Of a stretch of 64,000 nt of DNA, positions 55,489 to 64,000 are shown piece after piece (the stretch's first letter is position 1; each line of letters starts with the position of its first letter). Source of the stretch: Leptospira biflexa. GTDB taxonomy: Bacteria > Spirochaetota > Spirochaetia > Treponematales > Rectinemataceae. Below the pieces are notes generated by a model that worked only from the letters and a program-made list of their open reading frames with translations, was not told where the DNA came from and ran no database searches. The stretch spans positions 41,995-105,994 of the forward strand of contig DYLX01000001.1 of the NCBI GenBank assembly GCA_020721875.1, written 5' to 3'. A program made the translations under genes and the position numbers.

Positions 55489-58260
55489 TCAGAGCGCGCT
55501 GAAGAATTCACTGAGTCTCCGATAGAGTGTGCCAATTTTTTCTTTGAGCTCCGCCGGGCTGTCCAGTTTTTCAGCATAATCGACGAGAATTTCGGCGCTC
55601 GCGAGGCTCTGATTGAGGGACTCCGTGAAAGTTCTCGATGGCTGATACCAGAAATTGCCTGCACCATCGGAGTAGAGCCCTAAGAAGCCATACTTGCCCG
55701 ATTTGCGGAATTTCGCAACGTGCAGGATCATATCGAAAGATTCGGCGAGAGACGCGAGTGTCTTGCCTGTGGGCTCTTGTGTGTTTTCAAGCGAAAAATT
55801 TTTATTTTGAGGCCAACTCGTCGAGAGATCCTTTTCGATGTCGATGAACTTGAGCGCCTTCAGTACGGTCGAAAGTTTTTCGCCAGAGAAGAGCCCTCGC
55901 TTTTTATATTCAACCCTGGCCCTGAAACCTTCAGCGAGGGCCTCATCGCTTGCCCCGATACGAGGAATAATCTTCATCAGTTTGTGCCAATCGAGCACTA
56001 CTGTTCGCTTTGAGCGTTTGGACCGCTCAACAGAAAAGACTTCTCCGCCGAGAGTGAAGGTGTCGATTGTACCAACGATTCCGCCTTCGGCTGGAGCGGT
56101 CTCGAATTTTTTCTTTTTCTTCTGGGCTTCCGCTCCACTCTCAAATTTCTGTCCTTTGCCGTTCGCCAGCACGTGGCTTCGCTCCCGCTGCTTTTGCGTT
56201 TTCTGCCACTGCAGGTCGGCAGGCTTAGTTCCGCGAAGGGCTATGAGTCGCTCAGCAAGTTCCGGCGAAATCTTGTATAGTTGCTGTTTTGAGAGGGGCG
56301 ATACGGACATTGCGTACATCCTTGTGGTTCGGACGATTTCTCCGGCCACGATAAAATCGGCGTCCTGTCTGAACATTACAGATCCAGGGTGAATCTGGAT
56401 TCGTTCGGCGGTGAGCGAACTGAAAAGTCCCCTCCCCTGCCTAGCGCAGACAAACTGGATGAGACCGCGACTTACCGCGCATATATAATCGGAAATTGTC
56501 CCACCTGAGCCAATCGGCACTCCGAGATCCGAGACAATGATCTCGAGCTGCTCCTTAATCCGCACAATCTCGCGCAGCGTTCGCTCGTCGAGGTAGTTTT
56601 TCGCACAGAAATCAGTCTTGTCGTGCGCAGTGGAGAAGGCTTCGAAAAGTTGTAGATAGGAAACGAAGTCGCCCATCGGATCACGGAAGCGGTGGTGAGC
56701 TGCCCTGGCATCCATCTCTTCACCTGGCGGCAGAATGTAGGGACTTGTCGTTGAAAGAAAGGCCGCTGCGATGAGTGTCTCATGGATGACATCGGGGTAA
56801 TTCTGAATCGCCTCCACGATCATTCTCGAGAGCTTGGGGAGAAGCGGGAATTCGCACATCATCTCGCCGATCTTCGTAAGCGTACGATCCGGATTGAGTG
56901 AGTCGAGAAGATTAAGTACATCGATCGCTCCCCGGATCGCGCTCTTGGGCGGTTTTGTGATGAAATCGAAGCGCTCAAAATCCGTGATACCGAGCTCAGC
57001 CATACGCAGGAGCACTTCGGAGAGATCCGTGCGGTGAATTTCCTCGGTAGGATACAACGGCCTCGAATCAAAATCACTGATGGAGTACAGGCGGTAGCAG
57101 ATTCCTGGACGCGTTCTGCCTGCCCTACCCTTCCGCTGATTGCAGGATGCTTTGGAAATTGGCGTCTCGATGAGGCTCGCTGTGAATGTCTTTGGGTTAT
57201 AATAGTTTATTTTTGCCAGCCCCGAGTCGACAACTACAGTGATACCATCGATTGTCACGCTCGTTTCGGCGATATTCGTTGCAATGACCACCTTCACCTT
57301 GCCTTTGGGCGCGGGATCGAAGACTCGCTCCTGTTCATCCTTTCCTAGCCTCGAGTAGAGAGGGATACAGTAGAGTTTCGACGCCCAGCGACTCGTCATG
57401 AGGGTTTGAAGGCACTCCTTAATGGTTTTTTCACCAGGGAGAAAGATGAGCATGTCTCCGGGCTCAGCCCCCGCATCACCGTCGAGCACTCTCCCCACAA
57501 TTGAGAGGATTTTATTGTAGAGCGCCTCATCCGAAGATCGAAAGTAACCACTTGCGGGTTGCAGGGTCCCATCGCGACGCGAACTTCCACGGATTCGGCC
57601 AGGTTCGTGTGCCTCATCTCTTGTGGATTCGCCTTCAGCCTTCGTGCCGCGCGCATCCTCGAGGGATTCGAGCGCGACACGGATTGGATCATAAACGACG
57701 CGAACCGGGAACATCGGCGCTTCGATGCGAACCACCGGACACTCGCTGAAATATTCGGAAAAAATATCGGCGTTGATTGTCGCCGAAGATACAATGACTC
57801 GGAACTCGCTGCGCGACTCCAGTACGTTCTTGAGCAGGCCAAGAATAAAATCGATGTTGAGGCTGCGCTCGTGCGCTTCGTCCACCATAATCACTGAGTA
57901 TTTCGAGAGATAGGGATCGAGTTTCATTTCCTGAAGCAGAATGCCATCGGTCATGATCTTTATGGCGGTTTCCGCTGTTGTGGCATCTTCGAAGCGCATC
58001 TTGTACCCCACGATGCCGGGCACTTTCGTATTAAGCTGCTTTGCGATAAAATCGCTTACCGAGAGCGTCGCGATGCGCCTTGGTTGCGTGATGCCGATCA
58101 TTCCATTGGCTGCATATCCTGCCTCGTAAAGAATGATCGGAAGCTGCGTCGTTTTTCCTGAACCAGTGGGGCTTTCCACCACGATGACTTGATTGGTCTG
58201 AAGCGCTTCAAGAATTTTCGCTTTTTGTTGATAGATAGGTAAATCATGAGGATTCATCAT
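55489..58260 (-). CDS. hrpA: DEAH-box ATP-dependent helicase, HrpA/HrpB family, with C-terminal region of unknown function
   Basis: ESPTGSGKTTQ, MVDEAHERS (DEAH), SSAT, QRKGRAGR, then HA2/OB-like regions. The last 280 aa or so are unassigned. Confidence 0.85.
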   Translation of the reverse strand: MMNPHDLPIYQQKAKILEALQTNQVIVVESPTGSGKTTQLPIILYEAGYAANGMIGITQPRRIATLSVSDFIAKQLNTKVPGIVGYKMRFEDATTAETAIKIMTDGILLQEMKLDPYLSKYSVIMVDEAHERSLNIDFILGLLKNVLESRSEFRVIVSSATINADIFSEYFSECPVVRIEAPMFPVRVVYDPIRVALESLEDARGTKAEGESTRDEAHEPGRIRGSSRRDGTLQPASGYFRSSDEALYNKILSIVGRVLDGDAGAEPGDMLIFLPGEKTIKECLQTLMTSRWASKLYCIPLYSRLGKDEQERVFDPAPKGKVKVVIATNIAETSVTIDGITVVVDSGLAKINYYNPKTFTASLIETPISKASCNQRKGRAGRTRPGICYRLYSISDFDSRPLYPTEEIHRTDLSEVLLRMAELGITDFERFDFITKPPKSAIRGAIDVLNLLDSLNPDRTLTKIGEMMCEFPLLPKLSRMIVEAIQNYPDVIHETLIAAAFLSTTSPYILPPGEEMDARAAHHRFRDPMGDFVSYLQLFEAFSTAHDKTDFCAKNYLDERTLREIVRIKEQLEIIVSDLGVPIGSGGTISDYICAVSRGLIQFVCARQGRGLFSSLTAERIQIHPGSVMFRQDADFIVAGEIVRTTRMYAMSVSPLSKQQLYKISPELAERLIALRGTKPADLQWQKTQKQRERSHVLANGKGQKFESGAEAQKKKKKFETAPAEGGIVGTIDTFTLGGEVFSVERSKRSKRTVVLDWHKLMKIIPRIGASDEALAEGFRARVEYKKRGLFSGEKLSTVLKALKFIDIEKDLSTSWPQNKNFSLENTQEPTGKTLASLAESFDMILHVAKFRKSGKYGFLGLYSDGAGNFWYQPSRTFTESLNQSLASAEILVDYAEKLDSPAELKEKIGTLYRRLSEFFSAL

Positions 58261-58340
58261 AACTTCAGTGTACTAATAAGTCGCGAAATTAACCAGTATC
58301 CAGCTTTCCTCAGAGAATCGCTCTCTGCTACACTGTACGC

Positions 58341-59615
58341 GTGCAACGCGACGACTTGTTTTCCGAATCCACGCCCTTCGAAAAACCGCTGACTATCTCG
58401 CAGATTACCTCACTCATTCGTGATGATTTGGAGCGCCGTTTTCCGGACATCGTGGTTGAAGGTGAGATTTCAAACTGCAAGGCAGCGGCATCTGGTCACC
58501 TGTACTTCTCGCTTAAGGATGAAGAGGCGGTGCTGCAGGCAGTAATGTTCCGGCGCGATCTTCTCTCGCTGTCCTTTGTACCGAAGGATGGCATGAAGGT
58601 TACGGCGCGCGGCGGAATCTCGGTGTATCCTGGCCGCGGGCAGTACCAGCTCATCGCAAGGAGTATGAGGGAAGCCGGAATTGGCGATATCCTTGCGATG
58701 CTCGAGGAGCGCAAGCGTCGATTCACGAGGGAAGGCCTTTTCGATGCTAAAAGGAAAAGACCGATCCCGCGTTTCCCGTGCAGAATCGCTGTGGTGACCA
58801 GCCCCAGAGGCGCGGCGGTGAGAGATATCATCCGCGTAGCGACAAGGCGCAACCCTGGAGTGAGTATCCTCGTGCTCCCTGCCCTTGTACAGGGAGAAGA
58901 AGCCGCTGCCTCGATTGCGGCGAGAATTCGTCAGGCAAATGCGTGGAAGCTGGCCGATGTGCTTATAGTGGGGCGTGGAGGTGGCTCGATCGAAGATCTG
59001 CTTCCATTTTCCGATGAACTTGTGGTCCGTGCCATAGCGACATCGGAGATCCCGGTCATTAGCGCGGTGGGACACGAGACCGACTGGGCCCTTTCGGATT
59101 TTGCGGCAGACCTTCGCGCGCCGACACCCTCCGCGGCGGCGGAACTCGCATGCAGCGATCGAGCCCTTATTTATCGTGAAATTTCGCACTTCTCCGCAAT
59201 CATAGCCCAGAGCATGAACCATGCAATAGCGCGCGAAAGACAGCGTCTCGCCTCCCTCTCCCCGCGCGTCATGGAGGACCTTTTAATTCGTCGTCACCTC
59301 GAGTTGAGCCAGCGCTTCGACACTGCGCTCGATAGGCTTACCACATCGTTGCGAGAGACTCTGGAGCGCTCACGCACGAGACTCGTGATCGCGGAAAAAT
59401 CCATTGAACTCTCGAACCCTCGAGAAATTATGAAGCGTGGATTCTCTGTCGTTCGCGTGCGTCCCGCCGCGATGACAGGAACTACCGAGAAATATAAAAT
59501 CATCCGGTCCGCCGAAGAACTTCATCCCGGCGTAGGCATCCGAATTTCATTCTACCAGGGCGAAGCCGACGCGACCGTGGAGCAGCTCAGGCATTCCGAA
59601 AATAGGAGCGAATGA
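58341..59615 (+). CDS. xseA: exodeoxyribonuclease VII large subunit
   Basis: OB-fold N-terminus (VVEGEISNCKAAASGHLYFSLKD), GRGGGSIEDL and SAVGHETD motifs. GTG start. Confidence 0.9.
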   Translation: MQRDDLFSESTPFEKPLTISQITSLIRDDLERRFPDIVVEGEISNCKAAASGHLYFSLKDEEAVLQAVMFRRDLLSLSFVPKDGMKVTARGGISVYPGRGQYQLIARSMREAGIGDILAMLEERKRRFTREGLFDAKRKRPIPRFPCRIAVVTSPRGAAVRDIIRVATRRNPGVSILVLPALVQGEEAAASIAARIRQANAWKLADVLIVGRGGGSIEDLLPFSDELVVRAIATSEIPVISAVGHETDWALSDFAADLRAPTPSAAAELACSDRALIYREISHFSAIIAQSMNHAIARERQRLASLSPRVMEDLLIRRHLELSQRFDTALDRLTTSLRETLERSRTRLVIAEKSIELSNPREIMKRGFSVVRVRPAAMTGTTEKYKIIRSAEELHPGVGIRISFYQGEADATVEQLRHSENRSE

Positions 59616-59616
59616 T

Positions 59617-59883
59617 ATGAAGGACTTTGAAAAGAAAATCGCCCGTTTGGAGCAGCTCGCGGAAAAAATGAGAGAGCCTGATACCACACTCGAAAAATCA
59701 TTCGTGCTGTTCGAGGAAGGTGTCGCGCTTGCGCGCGAGCTAAAAAACGAGCTCGATGAGCTGCAGGGGAAGGTTGAGATCCTCCTCAATAGCCTCGAGG
59801 ATACGAATACTGGGGAAGGTGTTCGCCCAACTGTTAAACCATTCGATACAGAGGGCTCCGGGGATGAAGGGTCGCCTCTATGA
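59617..59883 (+). CDS. xseB: exodeoxyribonuclease VII small subunit
   Basis: FEKKIARLEQLAEKM...LEKSFVLFEEGVALAREL helical-hairpin pattern. Starts 2 nt after xseA. Confidence 0.85.
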   Translation: MKDFEKKIARLEQLAEKMREPDTTLEKSFVLFEEGVALARELKNELDELQGKVEILLNSLEDTNTGEGVRPTVKPFDTEGSGDEGSPL

Positions 59884-60268
59884 TGGGAAGTAGCGACTTG
59901 TCGGAATCAGCGAGATCGAGTTCCTTGATAAGCTCAAGGGGTAACCAAGCTGCTTCGCTATGCTCCTCCAGCATGCCAATCGATTCAGGTGCTAACTCGA
60001 TTTCCCATGCGGCAAGCGCACGGGTTTTGCCTCGGTTAGTAAAAATACTCTCTCCCAAAAAACTGATTACTCTGATAGACGCGCTGAACTCCTCTTCGAA
60101 CTCACGCACGAGGGCTCCTTCGTCTGTCTCGCCAGCCTCAACCTTCCCGCCAGGAAATTCCCAGCGCAGACTCATCTCCGTGATGTCGGCCTTGCGCCGC
60201 GCGATAAAAAAGAGCTCACCTCTGCGCGCGATTCCCGCTACCGATCGTGCTTGCGATCTATCTCCCAC
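59834..60268 (-). CDS. NUDIX hydrolase (MutT-like)
   Basis: Nudix box GGKVEAGETDEGALVREFEEEF. Confidence 0.85.
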   Translation of the reverse strand: MGDRSQARSVAGIARRGELFFIARRKADITEMSLRWEFPGGKVEAGETDEGALVREFEEEFSASIRVISFLGESIFTNRGKTRALAAWEIELAPESIGMLEEHSEAAWLPLELIKELDLADSDKSLLPIIEATLHPRSPLYRMV

Positions 60269-60296
60269 AGAACTATCCTCCTTCGCTCAAGACTAC

Positions 60297-62009
60297 TCAT
60301 TGATCACATTCCGCGTCCACGTGTTCAATCTGCGACGTGATGATCGCACATTCATCGGCGAGTTCTGTCGGTGTGAACCAGCCCTTTTTTGTCGAAAGCC
60401 TCATTCCCGAAATGCCGTGCGTCAGCACCGCGCCGACTACAGCCTTCATCGCTTCATTTAGGATATATTCGGCATTTTCAGAATCGCCCATTCCCTGCTC
60501 CCTATGCTGCGCTATGTGGCGAGCGACAAGTCCGCCCGCGAGGCCTGCGAGCACGTCTCCTGACCCCGCGATGCCTAAACCTGGGGCGCTTCCATCGAAG
60601 ATGATACAATTACCGTTTGGCGCTGCGATGTGCGTCGTTGCGGCTCGGAGCGCGACTATTGCAGAAAGACGTGCCGCGAGCTCGCCCAGCTGATGCACCG
60701 TTTCCGATGCGTCGAACTCAGCACCGTTTTTGTTGATATGGATATCTTCAATAAGGGGCAAGAGATCCTTGAACTCACCAGGGTGCGGTGTGAGGATGAG
60801 AGGTCCGTTGCGGACTTGCTGGCCGCCATTGAGGATGTCCGGGGCGATTTTTGCATAGAGACGCAGCGCGTCCGCGTCGAGGAGTAGCGGCGTCGGTGAG
60901 GCAAGAAGCCTTCTCAGTGTCGCGCTCCTCCGAACATCGGTACCCCATCCGGGGCCTGCAACAATTGCATCCCAGCTCTCAGGCGAAAAATCACGGTCTT
61001 CATACACCCGGACAATAGCCGCATCTCCCACCATCGACAGATACACAGAGAGGAGCTCTTTGTCGCAGAAGAGCGCGATATATCCTGCTCCCGAGGAGAC
61101 TGCACCCCGAACACAGTGAATCGCCGCCCCGGCCCCTTCTCCGCTCCCGGCAAGAATGGCCACCCTCCCTCTCTGCATTTTGTGAGCCCAGATTGAGACC
61201 TTGGGGAGGTATACCTCTGCATCCGATGGTTCAATGAGGAAGGCATTTGAGCTCGATTTTTCGGTCCATAGTGGGAATATCCCTCCGACGGGCAAAATTC
61301 TCCCCGCAAAGGGCCTCGCGGCTGGCATGTAGAGGGCCTCTTTCAGCGGTTCGATGCCGAGAGTCAGGTCGGCGCGCACAATCGGATATTCGCGTTGCCA
61401 CGCGTCGCTGAGCCCTGATGGAATGTCGATCGAGACAATGCGCGAGTGTACGTTTTTCCCCGTTCCACGAAGCTCTGTCAACGCGTTGAGCGCGGCAATC
61501 GCATACGCCGCGTTCGTTTTTGCGGGGCCGCGAGTACCTGTCCCCAACACCGCATCGAGCACCACATTGTAGCGCGAAAGTTCGCGCGCGAGCGGCAGTG
61601 TCTCGTCTTCTCTTGCATCGTAACGAATAACAGAGACTCCGCAGCGTTCTGCTCGCATAAGATTCTTCCGCGCCGATTCTTTGAGCTCTTCCCTCGCGGG
61701 AATGAATGCGGCGCAGTCTTTGAACCCCTCAATTTTCGCGCGTCGCAGCATCGCCAGCGCATCGCCCGCATTGTCGCCCTTTCCGCACACCGCGGCGATC
61801 GAAGTTTCCACCAGTTCGCGTCGCGCGCGTTCAGCGTGCTGTCGGTCAATGCCTTGTTGCACTAATGCGCCGACCGACAATTCCGTGCGAAGCACCTCCC
61901 AGAGTTTCCCTGAAGCAATCTCCATCAGCATCTCGCTAGAAAAATCGAAAAGCTCGCGAACATGCATGTCGAGTTCGAGCGACTGTCGCGATGAAAGAAG
62001 CTGGCGCAT
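60297..62009 (-). CDS. nnr: bifunctional NAD(P)H-hydrate repair enzyme (epimerase/dehydratase)
   Basis: YjeF_N part (CGKGDNAGDALAM) and carbohydrate-kinase part (GPGWG, GSGDVLAG). Confidence 0.85.
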   Translation of the reverse strand: MRQLLSSRQSLELDMHVRELFDFSSEMLMEIASGKLWEVLRTELSVGALVQQGIDRQHAERARRELVETSIAAVCGKGDNAGDALAMLRRAKIEGFKDCAAFIPAREELKESARKNLMRAERCGVSVIRYDAREDETLPLARELSRYNVVLDAVLGTGTRGPAKTNAAYAIAALNALTELRGTGKNVHSRIVSIDIPSGLSDAWQREYPIVRADLTLGIEPLKEALYMPAARPFAGRILPVGGIFPLWTEKSSSNAFLIEPSDAEVYLPKVSIWAHKMQRGRVAILAGSGEGAGAAIHCVRGAVSSGAGYIALFCDKELLSVYLSMVGDAAIVRVYEDRDFSPESWDAIVAGPGWGTDVRRSATLRRLLASPTPLLLDADALRLYAKIAPDILNGGQQVRNGPLILTPHPGEFKDLLPLIEDIHINKNGAEFDASETVHQLGELAARLSAIVALRAATTHIAAPNGNCIIFDGSAPGLGIAGSGDVLAGLAGGLVARHIAQHREQGMGDSENAEYILNEAMKAVVGAVLTHGISGMRLSTKKGWFTPTELADECAIITSQIEHVDAECDQ

Positions 62010-62061
62010 CCCGGTGGACCTCCTTAGCTACTATAGACTTTCATTGATGGAGGGAACAACT

Positions 62062-63210
62062 CTATTGCAGGGGAAGCCCCCAAGAATACATACGAAGCGT
62101 CGACGGTAGCTGACTTAAAATGGAAAATTGTTTGTCATCGCCTACCGTGTAGGTAACGAGTTCAGCTCCCTTGTCGGGTACCATGAAACCGCGTTTCCCT
62201 ATCATTTTTCCTTTTGGGCTGTAGCAATACATCTCGCCACCAAGCCCGTCCGAAGCCCATTTTACGGTGAAAACAACGTACGATTTCGCGGCAATGAGCT
62301 GCTGATCGATTCCACTATCGCTCACCGTACTCTGCAGCGCGAAGGAATCGACAATTTCTCCATTGCCCGCATCGATCACGATAATCCAGCTTCCGATCGG
62401 ATCTATCGTGAGCGCGATACCCGACTGTGGATCTGATTTTTCGAAGTAATAGTTCATCTTGAGAAACAGTGAACGTGTGCCTCCGATGAGGCTCGGGTAC
62501 TCTGTTTCCATTGAGACAATGATCCTCGATCCAGGGCTTGAGGGATATTTCTGGACGAGCGGTGCAGGCGTCGGTAGATTTTTATCCTGGAGAGCCACTT
62601 TGTTCAGGAAACTTCCCGCTCGATCGAAAAAATATACTTCCAGACCAGTTTCGGACATTCGGGAGACTGCGAGATCGTCATTCTCGAGCACCGTCATCGC
62701 GATAACTCCCGAGAAAGTTGTACTACCCAATCCCTCTTTTCCCAGCGGCTCGAGCTCAGTGCCGCTAGAATCGAAACGTCGGATGACACCCGCATCTTCA
62801 ATGTAGAGCATTTGCCGCGAGTCGACCGCGAGCAGCGCCGGATCAGTGAATTGAACTTGAATCGCAAAGCGACCGAGTTCCTTGGCTGAGGAGAGGTCGC
62901 CGATTTTCAAGTTCTTAAGTACGAGAGGAGCACTTCCCTTCTTGGGATCATACCACATCGCGAGCGTCTGCCCATACGAAGACAAGCGTAGTATTTTACC
63001 TTCATTCCTACTTAGAAAGTAGAAAATCCCCTTGTTCATCGTGAGGCCGATATCGTTCCTTGTGGAAGCCGAGACATCAAGAGATGAATCCGATTTGCCA
63101 TAGCCGATATCAAAAAGTGTTCGCCCCTCAGATATCTTGGCGGTGCCATGACATCCGAACAAGAATAAAACACATGCGAATACCGCGATCAAAAGCAATG
63201 ATTTCGTCAT
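62062..63210 (-). CDS. lipoprotein, beta-rich (propeller-like), function unknown
   Basis: Signal peptide with lipobox LFGC. Repetitive beta-strand pattern. No catalytic motifs recognised. Confidence 0.55.
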   Translation of the reverse strand: MTKSLLLIAVFACVLFLFGCHGTAKISEGRTLFDIGYGKSDSSLDVSASTRNDIGLTMNKGIFYFLSRNEGKILRLSSYGQTLAMWYDPKKGSAPLVLKNLKIGDLSSAKELGRFAIQVQFTDPALLAVDSRQMLYIEDAGVIRRFDSSGTELEPLGKEGLGSTTFSGVIAMTVLENDDLAVSRMSETGLEVYFFDRAGSFLNKVALQDKNLPTPAPLVQKYPSSPGSRIIVSMETEYPSLIGGTRSLFLKMNYYFEKSDPQSGIALTIDPIGSWIIVIDAGNGEIVDSFALQSTVSDSGIDQQLIAAKSYVVFTVKWASDGLGGEMYCYSPKGKMIGKRGFMVPDKGAELVTYTVGDDKQFSILSQLPSTLRMYSWGLPLQ

Positions 63211-63230
63211 TACGCGGATTATAGCATTCC

Positions 63231-63259
63231 TTGACCCTTTATGAGAACGAAAGTATTCT
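63231..63259 (+). promoter_or_regulatory. putative secA promoter
   Basis: TTGACC (63231-63236), 17-nt spacer, TATTCT (63254-63259). The -10 ends only 6 nt before the secA ATG. Confidence 0.4.
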
Positions 63260-63265
63260 TAATGC

Positions 63266-64000
63266 ATGTCTGGAAACATCCTCGCAGCGCTCCTTGGTTC
63301 AAAAAAAGAAAAAGATATTAAAGCGGTTCTGCCGATACTTCACCGCATTAATGCTCTAGAACCATGGGCACTCTCGCTCTCCGACGCCGATTTTCCCGCA
63401 ACTACCTTGAAATTTAAGGAACGGCTTGCTTTGGGAGAAACACTCGATGACATCCTTCCCGAGGCATTCGCCCTCGCGCGAGAAGCTGCGCGCCGGATTC
63501 TCGGAGAGCGTCCCTTCGATGTGCAGCTCATCGGCGGAATCGCGCTCCACCAGGGCAAAATCGTTGAGATGAAAACCGGTGAGGGTAAGACACTATCCTC
63601 AGTTGCAGCGGTCTATCTCAATGCTCTGCTTGGGAAAGGCGTGCATGTCATTACCGTAAACGATTATCTAGCAGAGCGCGATAGTCAGTGGATGGGTCAG
63701 ATCTACACTTTTTTGGGGTTGACCGTAGGCTGCATCCTCTCATCGATGGACAACACCGCAAGAAAACTCGCCTATAGCCGAGACATCACTTACGGGACCA
63801 ACAATGAGTTCGGATTCGACTACTTGCGCGACAATATGGTATGGTCTCTTGACCAAAAAGTGCAGCGCGGGCACTCGTTCTGTATCATCGACGAGATCGA
63901 TTCCATCCTCATCGATGAGGCACGCACCCCTCTTATCATCTCAGGTGCCGCCGACGACGACACATTCAAGGTTAACGAGGTAAATCGCCTCGCGCTTTCC
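63266..64000 (+). CDS. secA: preprotein translocase ATPase SecA (5' part, runs off the window)
   Basis: My translation from 63266: [33 protein letters not shown]...[12 protein letters not shown]...[12 protein letters not shown]...[23 protein letters not shown]. Open to the window edge, so absent from the ORF track. Confidence 0.95.
   Translation, partial: MSGNILAALLGSKKEKDIKAVLPILHRINALEPWALSLSDADFPATTLKFKERLALGETLDDILPEAFALAREAARRILGERPFDVQLIGGIALHQGKIVEMKTGEGKTLSSVAAVYLNALLGKGVHVITVNDYLAERDSQWMGQIYTFLGLTVGCILSSMDNTARKLAYSRDITYGTNNEFGFDYLRDNMVWSLDQKVQRGHSFCIIDEIDSILIDEARTPLIISGAADDDTFKVNEVNRLALS

Noticed and set aside
1-64000. CRISPR arrays, IS elements, integrases, prophage or defence islands
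   Set aside because: No regularly spaced direct repeats, no transposase, recombinase or phage-like ORFs, and no long AT-rich foreign-looking block. The gene content is housekeeping throughout.

Overview
This 64-kb window reads as conserved core chromosome of a spirochaete-like (Treponema-type) bacterium. That assignment is inferred from gene order and protein families, not from a database search.

Contents:
- 7 tRNA genes: a 5-gene cluster at the left edge, plus single tRNA-Glu and tRNA-Arg genes.
- About 55 protein genes, mostly housekeeping: tig-clpP-clpX; a TPP-riboswitch-controlled ABC importer; htrA-uvrB-aroK; lepA; a cysteine desulfurase-thiI pair; class II RNR nrdJ behind tandem NrdR boxes; arcA; two ABC exporter genes; rpsB-tsf-frr-uppS-cdsA-dxr-rseP; rpsF-ssb-rpsR-DUF2232-rplI-dnaB; hisS-trmB; an HrpA-like helicase; xseAB; nnr; and the 5' part of secA.
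- One CDS missing from the ORF track because it is under 60 aa: a 56-aa 2x[4Fe-4S] ferredoxin at 30978-31148 (-).
- Several sigma70-like promoters of the form TTGACN-17-TAnnnT, and several intrinsic terminators.

I found no CRISPR array, transposase, integrase, phage module or recognisable defence system, so I do not think the window holds a dramatic new system.

Most worth a second look:
1. A glutaredoxin-like plus ferredoxin:thioredoxin-reductase-like pair translationally coupled to the cysteine desulfurase/ThiI thiolation genes.
2. A decayed class II photolyase gene directly upstream of that pair.
3. A three-lipoprotein cluster with LPP20-like features and no assignable function.
4. A thioredoxin-fold gene with two compensating frame changes that ends flush against the 3' end of tRNA-Arg(CCG).
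5. A tRNA-Gly(GCC) whose T-loop appears to carry C instead of U at position 55.

All start codons chosen inside longer ORFs are my own homology and RBS judgements.
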